The notes below the pieces were generated by a model, which was not told the DNA's origin, made no database searches, and worked only from the letters and a program-made list of their open reading frames with translations. A stretch of 63,423 nucleotides of DNA, counting the filler, from Folioceros fuciformis (taxonomy: Eukaryota), in NCBI GenBank assembly GCA_049999805.1. It is 3 parts of 2 records of this genome, joined end to end, with 100 filler letters (N's around TTAATTAATTAA, not from the genome) between each part and the next. Parts side by side here need not be neighbours in the genome. Positions count along the whole stretch, not along the records: positions 1 to 28,520 come from JBNGIO010006327.1; 2 more parts are not named here. One strand, 5' to 3'. Positions 11,575 to 25,517 of this stretch are shown in pieces. The position numbers and the translations under genes were made by a program. Position 1 is the first letter of the stretch, and every line of letters begins with the position of its first letter.

Positions 11575-14500
11575 AAATTGAATGCCAATGTCATCCTCAC
11601 CGATGATGCAATTGCGTCAAGCCACAAAACAAAGAGTAAGCAATCTAGGATACTGAAACCAAATCCACTATCCTACATAACACAGCAGGTGCGCAAAAAT
11701 CTGCCTGAAGCCACTGAGGTTTCAGCAGTAAGATTGAGAGTAATCTCAAAGAACAAGACAAACCTGTGTCATTCTTGTTTACACAAGTTTAATTACTTCC
11801 TTTCGTCTACAGATCAGCTACTAGTTGAGTTGTTTGATCTAGTTAGGTCGTCAACCTGCAACATTCGTAAACAAAGTCATGACATCAGAAATAGTGTAAG
11901 TGAGAACAGTAGAAGAATTGTTGCTCTCATTTTTACAAGTGCAGGCTATCCCTGTAGAACCACGATCTGTTACACATGAAATCCTTTTCGGTTGCACACA
12001 TCTGCAAGGATTAGGGAAACCTCACATCAACAAGATAGTACAAGTACCTGATCAAAGTAAGAAGGAAATGGAATGCTGCCAGGCTCCTCCCAAGGGAGGA
12101 AATCTAATCAATTTTTGAGCAAGATATCCTCGGATGTCATATTGTGCTCGAGGAGCATGAAACCCTAGTGGTCGAAGTGTAGGCCGGGGTACTGGGCTAG
12201 GAAGAGGCTCACCCATCTTAGATCCAAGCACTGGTCTCCCACTAGTCGTTGACCCCCCTGCATTGTCAACCACCTCCTCTCAGTCTAACATCAGCCAGGA
12301 TTCTCAACCTGCACATTCAGCACAGAGTGCACAATCTGTAGCAACAGATAGAGCCACAAGGGGAACCTTACTCGCACATGCCACTAGGGCTGCAATAGCC
12401 TCACAAGTAGTACGCACAATGGCACAACATGGAGCTGTAACCCATAACACCACAGTCAATAACTTTAAAATAGATTTTAAGGAAAGAGATAGGTTTAATG
12501 GAACCCAATTTGACGTTTGGGCTCTTAGAGTTCAAACCATCTTGAAGGAAAATGACCTCTGGGGTGTTGTCACAGGTATAGTCCCTAAGCCAACAGCTAT
12601 TGCTCCCCAAGTTGACATAGATGCTTGGGCCAAACAAGACCTTCGAGCACTTGGAGTGATACAAGCTGCCCTAGATGGATCCATGATGCATCATACCCAA
12701 GATGCAAATTCTACAAAGGACGTGTGGGACTCACTGTCCCAGATATACAGATTGACGAATGGTTCGTCCTTAGTAAGTGCCACAAGGGCATTTTACAACT
12801 GCAAAATGAAGGAATATGATTCAGTTGAGCAACATGTTCAAAAGTTTTGCATGCTTAGGTCAAAGCTGACCTCAAGTGGCACTAAAACAACAGAGATGCA
12901 AGCAGCAGTTGCGCTCTTACTATCACTTCCAAAAAGCTACCGAACCTTTGTCAGCAACCACAGTACGAACCTTCGTACAATAGCCCAGGCTACACCTACA
13001 GGCCAAGACCCTACAGTGGCATTATCGGATCTGATTGGAGCTCTCCTTGAAGAGGAGACAATCAGGCACGCTAGTAGAGGTGGACCATCCTTCAGAGGAG
13101 AGCCCTCAAACAGGGCCCTTTACGTAAATAAGGGTCCTTGTAGGCAACTATCTCAACAATCCTGGAACAATCAGACAAACTCATATGCAAGTAAGAAAGC
13201 TGGATCATCATCAACACCTACTAAGAAGAAGAAAGAGCCGTGCAATTGGTGCCTCATCCCAGGTCACTGGGAGGCGGAGTGCAGGAAGAAATAGGCAAAT
13301 GAGCCAAGGAGGACTGCACCTCCAGAAAGCAATATGGTCCAGCGCAAGACCAACACCCTTCTGGCAATTTACACTGTGTCTACACCTCAGTATCGCCATG
13401 CTTGGTACTTGGACTCCGGTGCCTCTTCACATATTTGCCACACACTATCAACATTTTCTGAGTATAGAAAAAACCCTAGAGGGCAAATTGTCTTACTAGG
13501 TGATGATCATGGCTTACCTATGGTTGGCATTGGCAAAGTGCCCATTCTCCTTAAGGATGGGACTACAGTCGACCTAATAGATGTCCTCCATGTTCCAGCA
13601 CTGGTCAAGAACCTTAATTCTGTTTACCTGTTGGACACTCAACATATGCTAAGCACCACATTTACTGGAGGGCAGTGTACAATAGTAAATACAAGGTAAA
13701 AGAATAAAGTGGTAGCTATAGGCACTCTAGTGCACAACCTATACCAACTTGACATCACTTACAAGTTAGCCAATCCCACTGTCAATCTGAGTCATGCTCA
13801 GCAAGCTGAAAGGGATACAAGGCTCTGGCACTGTTGTCTTGGACACACTAACTTTGACAAACTTAAGTTAATGGTGGCCAACAATACCTTGTATCGTGGG
13901 AAGTTCATGATCAAGTTTGTTGAGAAGCAATTCTGTGAAGCCTGTGTTTTTGGAAAACACCATAGAGCACCATACAAGGATAGCAATCCTATGAGGGCCA
14001 CTCAGCTGCTGGAACTTGCCCACTCAGACTTATGTGGACCTATGTCCATTATGTCTTTTGGAGGTGCCAGATATATTCTCTCCTTCATTGATGACTAGAG
14101 TAGGTATATAGTTGTGTACCTCATCAAGCAGAAAAATCAAACACTGAGTTGCTTCATGGAGTATGTTACTTTTGCACAACGCCAAACTGGAGCTCTGTTG
14201 AAGACTCTTCACAGTGACAATGGAGGGGAGTACTGCTCTGAGGCTTTTGAATTGTTTTGCAAAAGCTAAGGTATTGCCAGGCAGTACACCACTCCTTATA
14301 CCTCGTCACAAAATCCAATTGCTGAGGTTAGTAACAAGCACATTCAGGAAACTGCAAAGTCCATGCTGAAGCAGGCAAGATTGTCCCCAAGCTACTGGCA
14401 GAGGTAGTTTCCACAGCTGCCTGTATTAGAAACAAATTGCCTACCAGTGTGTTTGCAGGAACAACTCCATTTGAGAGGTGGACAAATTATAAACCTCGTA

Positions 14501-17500
14501 TTAACCATCTTTGAATATTCGGCTCACCTGCGTATGCCCACTTATCCGAAGACCAGAGGGTGAAGTTAGATTACAAGGCAAGGGAATTTGTCTTTGTTGG
14601 CTACACAAAGGGCATAAAAGGCTACAAACTTTTTGACCCCGACACTCGTTTTATAACTCATTGTAGAAGTGTAGTGTTTCACGAGCAACTATTACTCACT
14701 TACCCAACAGAGGGAGCTGCCTCCATGCCAAATGATGATGCCTCCACAAGTCATTCAAATGACATGCTGGAACAGGAACAAGATACGTATGATTATCAAT
14801 CTATGACCTATCCTCTATCTTCAACATCTTCAGTGGGAGTACAACAATAGAATGAGTCCCCACCTATTCTTGTGTAGCCTCCTATCACCACACCAGTGCA
14901 GGAGGAAGTTAGTGTTTTTCCTGAAGAAGGTGAAAATGAAACAGATTGCTATGAACAGTCAATTACCCATGCTGCTGATGAAGTAGAAGTTGATGCGTCA
15001 ACACATGTGGAAGTGGAACCAGACCAGCCGCAAAGGAGTGGTCATAGGCATACTTCAAATCCTTCAGAGTGGAATACCCCACCTCTAACATACAGCACCT
15101 TCCTTGTTCAAGATGAAATCACTCCAGATATTTTGGGAGAACCTCTATCTTACAAGGAAGCTGTTATCTGCCTTGAAGCTGCCCATTGGAAGGTTGCTAT
15201 AGACTCAGAATATCAATCATTGCTGGACAATGGCACTTGGCAACTCGAGGACCTTCCAGTCTCGTGTAAGTGGGTATTTAAGAAGAAGCTTGCAGCAGAT
15301 GGAAGTGTGGCTCGGTTCAAAGCAAGGCTTGTTGCAAGAGGGTACAGCTAGGTAGAAGGGTTAGATTACACTGAAACCTTCTCACCTGTGGTTAGGGCAA
15401 CCTCTGTGCGCATCTTGTTTGCCATCGCAGCCTAGAGAGATTACGCCATGGAGCATATGGACGTAAAAACAGCTTTCTTGAACGGGACACTTGAGGAAAC
15501 AATCTATGTGTGCCAGCCAGAAGGATTTGTAGACCCTGCACACCCAAAGAAAGTGTGCAAACTTGTTAAGACCATCTATGGCCTGAAACAGTCACTTAGG
15601 GCATGGTACAAAAGGATTGACACATACTTAAAAAGGTCAGCTTTCATCCAGAGCGAGGCTGACTCCAACGTCTACAAATTAGAAGACAAGAATGGAGTGG
15701 TGTACCTTGCTCTGTATGTGGATGACGCAGTCCTCATTGCCAGCAATCCAACACTAATGGCAAAGGTTAAGTCTATTCTCACCTCAGAGTTCTCCATGAC
15801 AGATCTTGGCAAGCTAACTTGGTTCCTTGGCATAGAAATACTTTAGGATCGTGCCTTGTGGAGGCAAAACCCTGGGCACTGATTGCCAACGGGTTCCACC
15901 TTTAGTGGCCACACTTATCCCACTGTCGTTGAGACATTGGGTTTCGTTCCCACGAAGGAGCGATGGGGTTCCTTGCTGCTGTGGATGGAGGGTCGGACTT
16001 GATCAACTCGATGATGGATTCGAGGGCTCCCCTCCAGCTCCGATCAGGCGTAGGACAGGCCTCGCTGTCCGGAGGTCAGCTGCACCTCTCTCGGTGCCCA
16101 CAAATTTACTCCAGTCACTACAACGACCCTAACCTCTTAGATCTGCGACTTCCCTCACTCACTTCACTCACTCTCTCACTCCAGCACCAACACTAGCAAC
16201 TAACAATGACACCACTACCTTCTACAGTTCCCTATTGACTCCTCCTACTCGGCAAGAGTCACTAGACTAACCCCAAAGAAAAGAAAGAAGGGAACACACT
16301 CCCCTCTTGGATATCTCCTCCCCACAACCTTGCCAGATGCCATGAGACATGGCCGGCCTACAGCACTTGTCCAAGCAAGGAGCAAGAGTGGACAGGTCGA
16401 GAGAAAGACACATCCTTTACAATCAAGAGCTAGGGGCAAGCCCCTTCACCCTGGTCATTACACTTTGTGATCCTACCAGACACTATACAACCGGCAACAC
16501 GCTACCCGCAATCCTACCAGACACTGTACAGCCGGCAACACGCGGCTTGCGATCCTACCAGACGTTGCATAGCCGACAACACACTGCAGGTCCTAGACCA
16601 AGCAGGGACAAACCATAAGAGCTCGTGAAGAGAGGACCTCCAAGAGCTCACGAAGGGATAGACTGACTCCCAAAGTGAATGACTCCCTCCTCCTATAGGC
16701 TCACCTGATCGTATAGGAGCCTCTCTCTCTCTATGACTTCACCTCTCTCTAACTTGAGAAATATTATTTTAATAGCCTAGCCGGCTGTCACCAGCCACTT
16801 ATTTAGACTTCTAGCACAACTTGCCACCAATGAGCTCCTGGCCCTACCACCACAAGGATCTACCACCTCTTAGACTATCCTAAGACTTCGGAGGATGTCT
16901 GATCTTCAAAGATCTGTGGGCGCCGCCTCTTCCTTGCTGGATGGCCGCCCGATAAGTCTTCCCCTGGAAACTGTTCACCCTTGGTGGCTGAGCCAGCCTC
17001 TAGGGGAGGAGTATGAGAAGTGGGCCGGGAGAAATGCGCAAGAGAGGGGGAAAAGGAGGAGGAAGTGGCAACACCCGTAGCGGGACTGCAGATTGAGGAG
17101 GAAAACGGGACAGGAAATCAGCGGAAAGAAGAAGAAAGCAGGCCTGGCCGGGAAACGGCCGGATCCTGCAGCTCGCCTCAGCCTCCTCTCCTGCACACAT
17201 TCAATCCCATCACCCGTCGANNNNNNNNNNNNNNNNNNNNNNNNNNNNNNNNNNNNNNNNNNNNNNNNNNNNNNNNNNNNNNNNNNNNNNNNNNNNNNNN
17301 NNNNNNNNNNNNNNNNNNNNCCCACCACTTCAACATGGCAGCCAAGCAATCAGCCAGCCTATCGTCAGACCCTGACCCCTGACACTGACATACCCAGATA
17401 CCCGTTCCTATGTTCAAACCATTATTAAATTATTATATTATTTTAATATTATTATATTATTATTTAACCATTTAATATTATATATCTTTAATTAATATTA

Positions 17501-19258
17501 AACTAATCACCCAACCCTATGGCCTGGTACCGAACCTTAACCTTCCCAGCTCTGGGACCAAACCTATACCCACTCTTATAACCAAACCAACTATTTCCTG
17601 GTCAATTAACCTAATTAGCACAAAGAAAAATAGGAAAAATGACCAGAAAATCAAGGAAAATTAGGGAAAATAAGTAGAAGAAGAAAATCAAACCATACCA
17701 CTATTAACCCTTTTTCAACCAAAACAAACTACTACCCCAAACTTTGGAGGTTCACATGCCTCCCACACGGTTCTGATACACCAAGCACAATACATTTGTC
17801 AAATTCTGTCTAGGTTCGGGATGGGAGACTGCAAGCCAGCACTTACCCCAATGGTTGTAGAAGAGAAGCTAAGCAATCAGCAATCTCCAAAGACTGAAGA
17901 GGAACGTCAACAAATGGAAAAGGTTCCATATCGTTCAGCAGTGTGCTCACTAATTTACTACAAGAACTGGACACGTCCAGATCTGTCACATGCTGTGGGC
18001 ATTACATCATAGTTCCTTACCTGTTATGGAACATCACACTGAACAGCAGTTCAAAGGGTTATGCGTTACCTAAAAGGAACACCTAAGCTTGGATTGAAGT
18101 ACAAACAATGGCCAGAAAATTTATTACTCACATGCTTTTGTGATGCTGATTGGGCCGCTGACTCAGACACCCGCAAGCAATCTCGGCTAACTGCCTGCTG
18201 CTAGGAGCACATGAGTATGACTCTACAGCTATATCTTGGTACACCAAGAAGCAACAGGTGGTCGCTCTATCATCCACTGAAGCAGAATATGCAGCGACAG
18301 CCACTGCTGCTCAGGACATTGTGTATGCAAGGGAGCTGCACTCCTCACTTGGTGAAACACAGCATGCACCCACCTTGCTGTTATGTGACAACCAGTCAGC
18401 AATAGTGTTAGCACAAAATCCAGTGATGCATGCACGTACAAAACACATCGAGGTCAAGCATCATTTCATAAGGCAAGTGATCAGCAGTGAACAGGCTAAC
18501 CTACAGTATGTTCCAACAAATAGCAATGTATCTGATATCCTAACTAAAGCCCTAGCTAAAAACAAGCACGATAGATTCTGCAAGGCTATGGGGCTCGTTG
18601 AGGCTCCCTAGCTATCAAAAGTTCCCACAAGACAAGCACAGCACAAGTACAATAACTCATGGAGGTTCCTCAGCTACTCTTCAGCAACTCAGATACATGG
18701 AGGTGGTGCACCTATACCAAGGCTCTGCAAACAACTAACGTAGTGTTAGAACTCCAAGAAGAATACATGGAGGATAACAGCGGCAGTGGGAGCATACAGA
18801 AGTCCGATCATATTTGGTGATCAGCGGCCTTCTTCAGTAAACTCGCTACTGGCAGACATAAAACTTGTCCATGCAACTTGGGCAAGAAGCGGAAGGGAGA
18901 ATCTGGAGCAAGTCTGAGAGATCCCTACAGCCTGTGCCGATGAGCTTGAGCTGCCTTCAACTCCTTCTCAGTAGATTACACCCTAGCAAATTGTGCGCAC
19001 AGCGAGCACGGACTCTAGCGACGCATCACCGTAATCAGCAGCAGTAGAACCATCACCGACAACAAGAAGATTACTACCAGGAATTCGCAAGTTGTGGCAG
19101 CTAAAACTGGAAGTAACATGCGCGAGGACTGAAGCACACGAATATAAAGTAACATGCAGCCTGTCTAAGTGGGAGTGAAGAAATACCATACCTTGATAAG
19201 TTATAGTATTAAATAGCCAGGCTTTTAGGGTTAATTAATTTAATTAATTTAATTAACG
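11575..19258 (+). mobile_element. Ty1/Copia element B nested in A; 5' LTR and PBS missing, 3' LTR truncated
   Basis: Gag 12263-13294 (CNWCLIPGHWEAEC), protease WYLDSGAS, integrase [32 protein letters not shown] and RNaseH ending at 18611. PPT AAGTGGGAG followed by TG at 19176. Confidence 0.9.
15857..17756. mobile_element. LTR-type insertion C inside the RT of B: a long solo LTR, or an element collapsed in the N gap
   Basis: TGTG...CACA termini with 5-bp TSD TGCCT (15852-15856, 17757-17761). The RT of B resumes on both sides (LGIEIL*DRA / SHTVLIHQAQY). Confidence 0.85.
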
Positions 19259-22200
19259 TAGATATAAAGGCCTATAAGTGGCATCTACGACTTGGACACC
19301 CGAGCAATGCCCTACTCCAGCAAGTGGCAAATTCTGACATCTACCTCGAGAAGATTGGACGTTTTCCTGATCCACCATTCTTCAAGACCTGCACCCTCAT
19401 GAACAAGAGATAGAACATGTTCCCATAGCATCAAAAAGATGAAAACAATTTATACTCAAGCTGGTTCACTCTAAAATAAGTTGTCCTATGAGTTCCTCCT
19501 CCTATGGCGGTGCAAGATATTTTCTAACCTTCACTGACCATTTCTCTAGGATGTGCTTCACCTATCCCTTAGAGTTGAAGAGCCAGACCTTTGAGACATT
19601 CAAGGTCTGGCTTGCCATGGTGGAGACACAAACTTCTCGCAAGCTCCATTGTCAGTGTTTGGACAATGGAGGGGAATTTGTGAACCACCTCTTCGATGAT
19701 TTCTCCAAAGATAAAGGGTATCACCCATCAATTCTCCATGGCTTACACTTCACAACAAAATGAAGTTGTTGAGAGACTCAACCAAACTCTTTAGCGCATG
19801 GCAAGGGCCATGCTTTGACATGCAAGCTTGAATGTCAGGTATTGGGTCGAGGCCATAGCCTTTGCCACATACTTGAAGAATAGGCTTCCATCTCACTCTA
19901 TTAATGGAAGAACACCCTTTGAGTTGTGCACAGGATCTAAACCATCACTCAAGCACTTGAAGGTTTTTGAATGTTCAGCCTTTAGCTTTATACCTGCAGC
20001 CAAGAGGAAGACATTCGAAGATCGGTCCAAGAAAGTGATTTGTCTGGGCTATGTAGAAGGCATGAAAGCCTACAAACTTTATAATCTAGTCGCTGGGGCC
20101 CTGACACATTCACACAGTGTTTACCTTTTTAGAAGAACCCTTGGTCCAACTTGATGTGTCTTCAACCCCTGGTTCAACTCCCATAGAAGAGAGTCCCTCT
20201 CAAGAGGACACTCACGATAATCCTCATTCTAACTTGCATGTTTCAAACAATATACCAATAGACACCCCTAATCCTCCGCCAATGCCTGCTCTTCCGCTAG
20301 TGCCCGCTCTTCCTCTAGCTCCTGCTGTCGTTGTACCCCCTCAACCAGCCTTGGTATTTGGGGATTTCCCTCTAGATCCTACTGAGGAGCCTCACCCTCC
20401 TCCTGTTACTACCCGTGAGCTTTGACCTCGACACACTCTTCGTCCACCAACCAAATTTCATGGTATTAATTTCCGTCCTATTCGAGGTAGCGGGAGCTAT
20501 GGAGGGGAGCGTCAGGCTAGCATTCCAGTCGAGCTACCTCTTCTAAATCCTGGTGATGCCCCCCCTGCTCCTATCATAGAAGATAATAACATATCAGGAC
20601 AACCTCTCTCCACGGAGATGCACATGTTGCATAAGATTGCTGCATTTCTACCCTCCAGCAATACTATTTTTTAGCTTTTTCTAGAACATCAAAGTGAGAT
20701 ACAATGCGCTCTCCTTTCTCGTGTTCAAGCCTCTGAGCATATTGTCCTTGTAGACATTTCTCTATCTAGACCAAAAAAACAGGGATGGAAGGATGCTATA
20801 GACTCCGAATGGAAATCCCTGATTCAAACCAAGACATGGCAACTGGAAGACTTACCTCCTAGCCGCTCAGTTGTCTATTGCAAGTGGGTGCTAAGGAAGA
20901 AGCTCAATGCCGATGGATCACTTTCACGGTATAAAGCCCGCCTTATGGCATGAGGCTTTAGCCAAAAGCTATAAATAGACTACGATCCAAACCTTTATGC
21001 TCTAGTGGTTAGGCCTGAATCCATCAAGTTTGCTCTAGCCATAGCTACTCAAAATGATATGATCTTACATAAGATGGACATTAGTATAGCATGTTTATAT
21101 GGAGAGCTTGACTAGAGTATCTATATGTCCTAGCCTGTCATGTATGTGGATCCAAAATGCTCTAGCAAGGTATGTAGGCTTCTTAAAACAATATACAAAC
21201 TTAAACAAAGTCCAAAGGCTTGGTACACCATGATTATTACTTACCTTCTCTCTTCTGGCTTTGTTCAAAGCCACTCAGACTCGAATGTGTATAAACTCCA
21301 CACAAGCAAGGGCTATGTGCTATTGTGTCTTTAAGTAGATGATTGTATTCTTGCAAGTAGCACACAATCTGCATTAGAGAAGGTCAAGAATATTCTAAGG
21401 AAGGAATTTGACATGAAGGACATAGGGGAACTTAAATACATACTTGGTGTACAAGTTGAAAGAAACTTACAGCATCATGAGCTTTGGATACATTAAGAGA
21501 AATACATCAGCAATATACTAAAAAGAATGAAACTTGATGATGCTCAACCTATTGATACACCAATGATTTGATTTCGCAATGACTGTGGACATTCATTGGT
21601 GTAGTCAGTTAGTTACTGACTATCCATAGTCTGACCAAGATATAGTAGACATGGCCAAAGTGCCATACAGGCAAGCAATTGGCTCCCTGATCTATGTGGC
21701 CAACTGGTTAAGACCCAAAATCCAGTTTTAAGTCAGTCAAGTTAGTCATTTCCTACACAACCGAGGGAAGGCCCATTGCCGAGGGAAGGCCCATTGGGTG
21801 GTCGTCAAGCGCATCTATCGATACTTGAAGGGTGCACCTCGCCTAGGAATACACTACAAAAGATAGGTGAAGACACCTCTGACCCTAGTAGGATATAAAG
21901 ATGCAGATTGGGGCCGAAACCCTTGATGTTAGAAGAAGCATGGCAGCCTATGTATTTCTACTTAGTGGTGGTGCCATCAGCTAGTCTTGCAAGAAAATTC
22001 TATCCATATGCACTTCAAGTGTTGAAAGTGAGTGCAGTGCCTTATCAATGGCGGCAAAGGACCTATTATGGGGACACAGCCTCCTAGCAAGTATTGACTA
22101 CCCACAGAACAGTGCTACACAATTGAATACTAACAGCCAAGCTACAATGGACATGGTGACTAATCCTAGATTTCATGGATGAACGAAGCACATAAAACTA

Positions 22201-23617
22201 AAACATCATTTCATTTGCGAAGCGGTATCAAGTGATAAAGCTCAATTGGTTTATGTTCCTACAGATCATAACATTGCAAATGTCTTAACAAAACCACTGG
22301 CGAAATGCCTACACTATAAACATGCTAAGGGGATGGGAGTATTTTCCTGCGTCGAGGAAAAGCTAGCTAGAACTGTCAGACTCGCAGCCGTTCCGTCTTC
22401 TAGATTTCTTGTACCCAATCGCCACGGACCCAAGAATAGGCTCTAGAAGATTGCCAAAGTTTAGCAACCATCTAGGAGCAGAAGCAAGGCCGAAACCCCG
22501 CCGTATTCGATTTTGCTCGTTGTTACTCATCCTGGGCCTCTCTATAGAGCGCTTCCTCTCACGCCCTCACCGTGCATTGTCAGCCATCTCTCCGAAGGAT
22601 TGTTCAAGCTTTCGATTTCATATTCCAAATGCGAGATGTTTGCATGCGAGTGGGAGTGACAGGATGAACGCACTTAAGATTAGGGCATGTTTTAGTTTAC
22701 TTAAACACTTTTGCCACTCAAAGAGCCATCAGGCACATCATTTCACTTGCATCCCTTCATCAGATCTACGTGAACACTAGAACAAGACTCTGCTGATAAT
22801 TTCCTTTGGTTAATTGTTAATGCAATCATCACAAATTTCTCACATTAAACTTCAAGCACCATCCACAATCTAAAAATACAATGGTCCTTTCCACTCTAAC
22901 TGGGCCGTGTGTAGTTGCAATTTGCAATCACACTCAACATACAACTGCAATTGGTAACTATAGTCTACACCTATATTTTACAACTACATTCTAGAAAACC
23001 ATTGTGCTACCACCAATTTCACCCATAGGTGTCATGCTATGCCAATAAACATCCCACTTATGCATGGTTCATTAGTTAACAATACTCACACCATGCCACA
23101 TCACACACACTTATGCATGGTTCATTAGTTAACAATACTCACACTACGTCACATTACACACACATTAAACACTGCCTGATGGTGCTGCAACTTTGTGAAG
23201 AGTGAAGAGATTTTGTTGTGTTTGCTTCCTTCAAACACAACAAAATCTCTTGCACCTACATCCACACTTCTAAGAACTATAGCTTGGCTTCTCAAATCCT
23301 CGATTGGGTCACATGATGTTGCACACTGCGTACATGCACACCTCAACCAGATTTCTAATAAAAGATTTCTAATAAAAGATTGCACTTTCAAGAGGATGCA
23401 CTCAAGAGAATGCTCCTTTGAGAAAGCCTATTTCACATAAAATAAGAGAATATAAGCTTACAATTACAGCAAACATCACTGAGCTAGGTGTTTATGCCTA
23501 CTACTTGAGACATGTTGTAACCACATCCACACATCTAGTTGTGTATCTATTTAGTTGACTTTATATTATATTATATTATATTATAATTAACTTAACTAAA
23601 TAGTTATTAATTACCAC

Positions 23618-23783
23618 TAATGCCACTTATTAGCATCAATTAATTATTAAATAATTACTATTTGCATACATCTAAGCACAGCACATGATCATGCTTTCCT
23701 CAATGCCATTTATTAGCATCAATTAATTATTAAATAATTACTATTTGCATGCATCTAAGCACAGCACATGATCATGCTTTCCT
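23618..23783. repeat. About 83-bp AT-rich tandem duplication; a separate 37-bp direct repeat lies at about 23055 and 23108
   Basis: AATGCCA(C/T)TTATTAGCATCAATTAATTATTAAATAATTACTATTTGCAT...GCTTTCCTC occurs twice. Confidence 0.85.
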
Positions 23784-24808
23784 CTTATCATTCTCACCCG
23801 CAATAACCACTTGTCACATTTCCTCCTTTGCACCTGTTCTAGCGTGTCCATTGCCGATTGCCGGCAAACATGGCACATTCAATGCCTTGTCCAACTTCCC
23901 AGCCTCGTCCTTAGCGTGGTTGACGGACAAGGTCCACAAACACACCAATCCCTCCTCCAAGTTTGCTCTGCCATCATGACTTGTCATAGGGTACATGGCC
24001 GTTAATGGTAGCATCATTATGTGCCCATTGGCTTCTCTCATCTGTGAATTTGGTCCATTGGTGAAGCGATGGCTTGATTCACAAGAGGGATGATATGGGT
24101 TCCCACAATGCTCTCTGCAATCACCTACACACTTTGTGTTTTGCATACCAGGGGAACCTCAAGATGCGAACATAGACATTGGATCTTCAAATGCCATGAA
24201 CCCAATGTTACCCATCGTTGGATGCAGGTGGTGGTGAATGTTCATCCTCTTGGTCATAGCAATACTCTTTCATGCTTGCCGATTATGGCTTTTAGTTGTT
24301 GTTCCCCGTATTGCAGGAACATAAAGATGTGTACACATGTCACTTGTGACTAGGGACTCAGAGGTTAGACACACGTGACTTGACCCCTTTGTGCAGACGA
24401 CGATAAATGTGGTGACTTTGCCAACCATCATTTCCGTCATTTGCACACAACACTTCAAGAAGGTTGGCAATACAACCTGAGGAATTTGTAGCACCATAGA
24501 TCTTCGCCTATAGTGGTTCTTGTGGAAAATGGTGTAGATTGACTTGTGGCATAATCGTTGTGGATTCAATCATGTTCCATTTGTTCTGAACCTGTAAGTG
24601 CACCCCAGTTGTTATTGTGGCTTATTTGGTGATCAATTGTGAAGCTATCTTCTACCCTCTTGCTGCATTGTCTCTTGGCTTGCACAAGCTTTCAAACACA
24701 ACAGATGGAATGCCTAACCCATTTCTACTTGTAAATGTCAGAACTTTGCTAGCCATCATTTTTATTATTTGCACAAAACACTTCGAGAAGGTTGGCACTA
24801 TAGCCTAA

Positions 24809-25016
24809 GAGTGGAGTAGGATGGGAATGAGACTTATGAAAATGAACTATAAGTGGTGATGAGTGGAGTAGAATGGGAATGAGGCTTATGAAAATGAACT
24901 ATAAGTGGTGATGAGTGGAGTAGGATGGGAATGAGACTTATGAAAATGAACTATAAGTGGTGATGAGTGGAGTAGGATGGGAATGAGACGTATGAAAATG
25001 AACTATAAGTGGTGAT
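24809..25016. repeat. 52-bp tandem repeat, 4 copies
   Basis: GAGTGGAGTAGGATGGGAATGAGACTTATGAAAATGAACTATAAGTGGTGAT at 24809, 24861, 24913 and 24965. Confidence 0.92.
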
Positions 25017-25517
25017 GATGGAGGCCTAGATTCGTGCACAACTCCAAAACCTGGAGGGCCTCTTAAAAGCATCTAGTCGTTCTACATATTGCATGGTGTC
25101 ACACGAACCCTACAAAGCAAAGGGTTGTGTCAGCATCAGTCCACATGCCCCATACATTGAGAACAAAAAAACGTTTGTCTAGGCTTAATGACATGGGTTC
25201 GGTGGGCTCAATGACACGGCAATGTAAAGTATAGGAATATGTGGTAGACTCTTGAATATATTCCCGTATAAAATATGTGTGAGAAAAAAAACGTGAAAGT
25301 GTGGGGCGTGTCCGTATGGGTATTCAATAGATCAAGCCTCGAGAAACCATCTTCTCGATAACGAGTTGGCCTTTAAAATATGTTTTAGAAAATTACTGTT
25401 TTAAAACTGATTTTAATCTGTGTCGGTATGGAACCCCGATACACGCAAGTAAAATCAATGCAGCAACGTGATCAGGATCATCGAAGTCCTGTTAACAACA
25501 CGATAACTCTGTCCGTG

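Larger units (their letters stand above)
9917..22842 (+). mobile_element. Ty1/Copia LTR retrotransposon A, the decayed outer element of the nest
   Basis: 186-bp LTRs at 9917-10102 and 22657-22842 (TG..CA, 13 mismatches by hand count). TSD CATTA. PBS TGGTATCAGAGC at 10103, PPT before 22657. Gag and Zn knuckle at about 10680-11520; WHLRLGHP, integrase, RT and RNaseH at about 19260-22340 with many stops. Confidence 0.93.

Noticed and set aside
23805-23880. PHD-like CHVC...VQRRKCDKW on the minus strand
   Set aside because: Too few metal ligands remain and the surrounding frame is broken.
8271-25460. Possible TIR pair bounding the whole TE block
   Set aside because: Only short scattered inverted matches and no convincing TSD.
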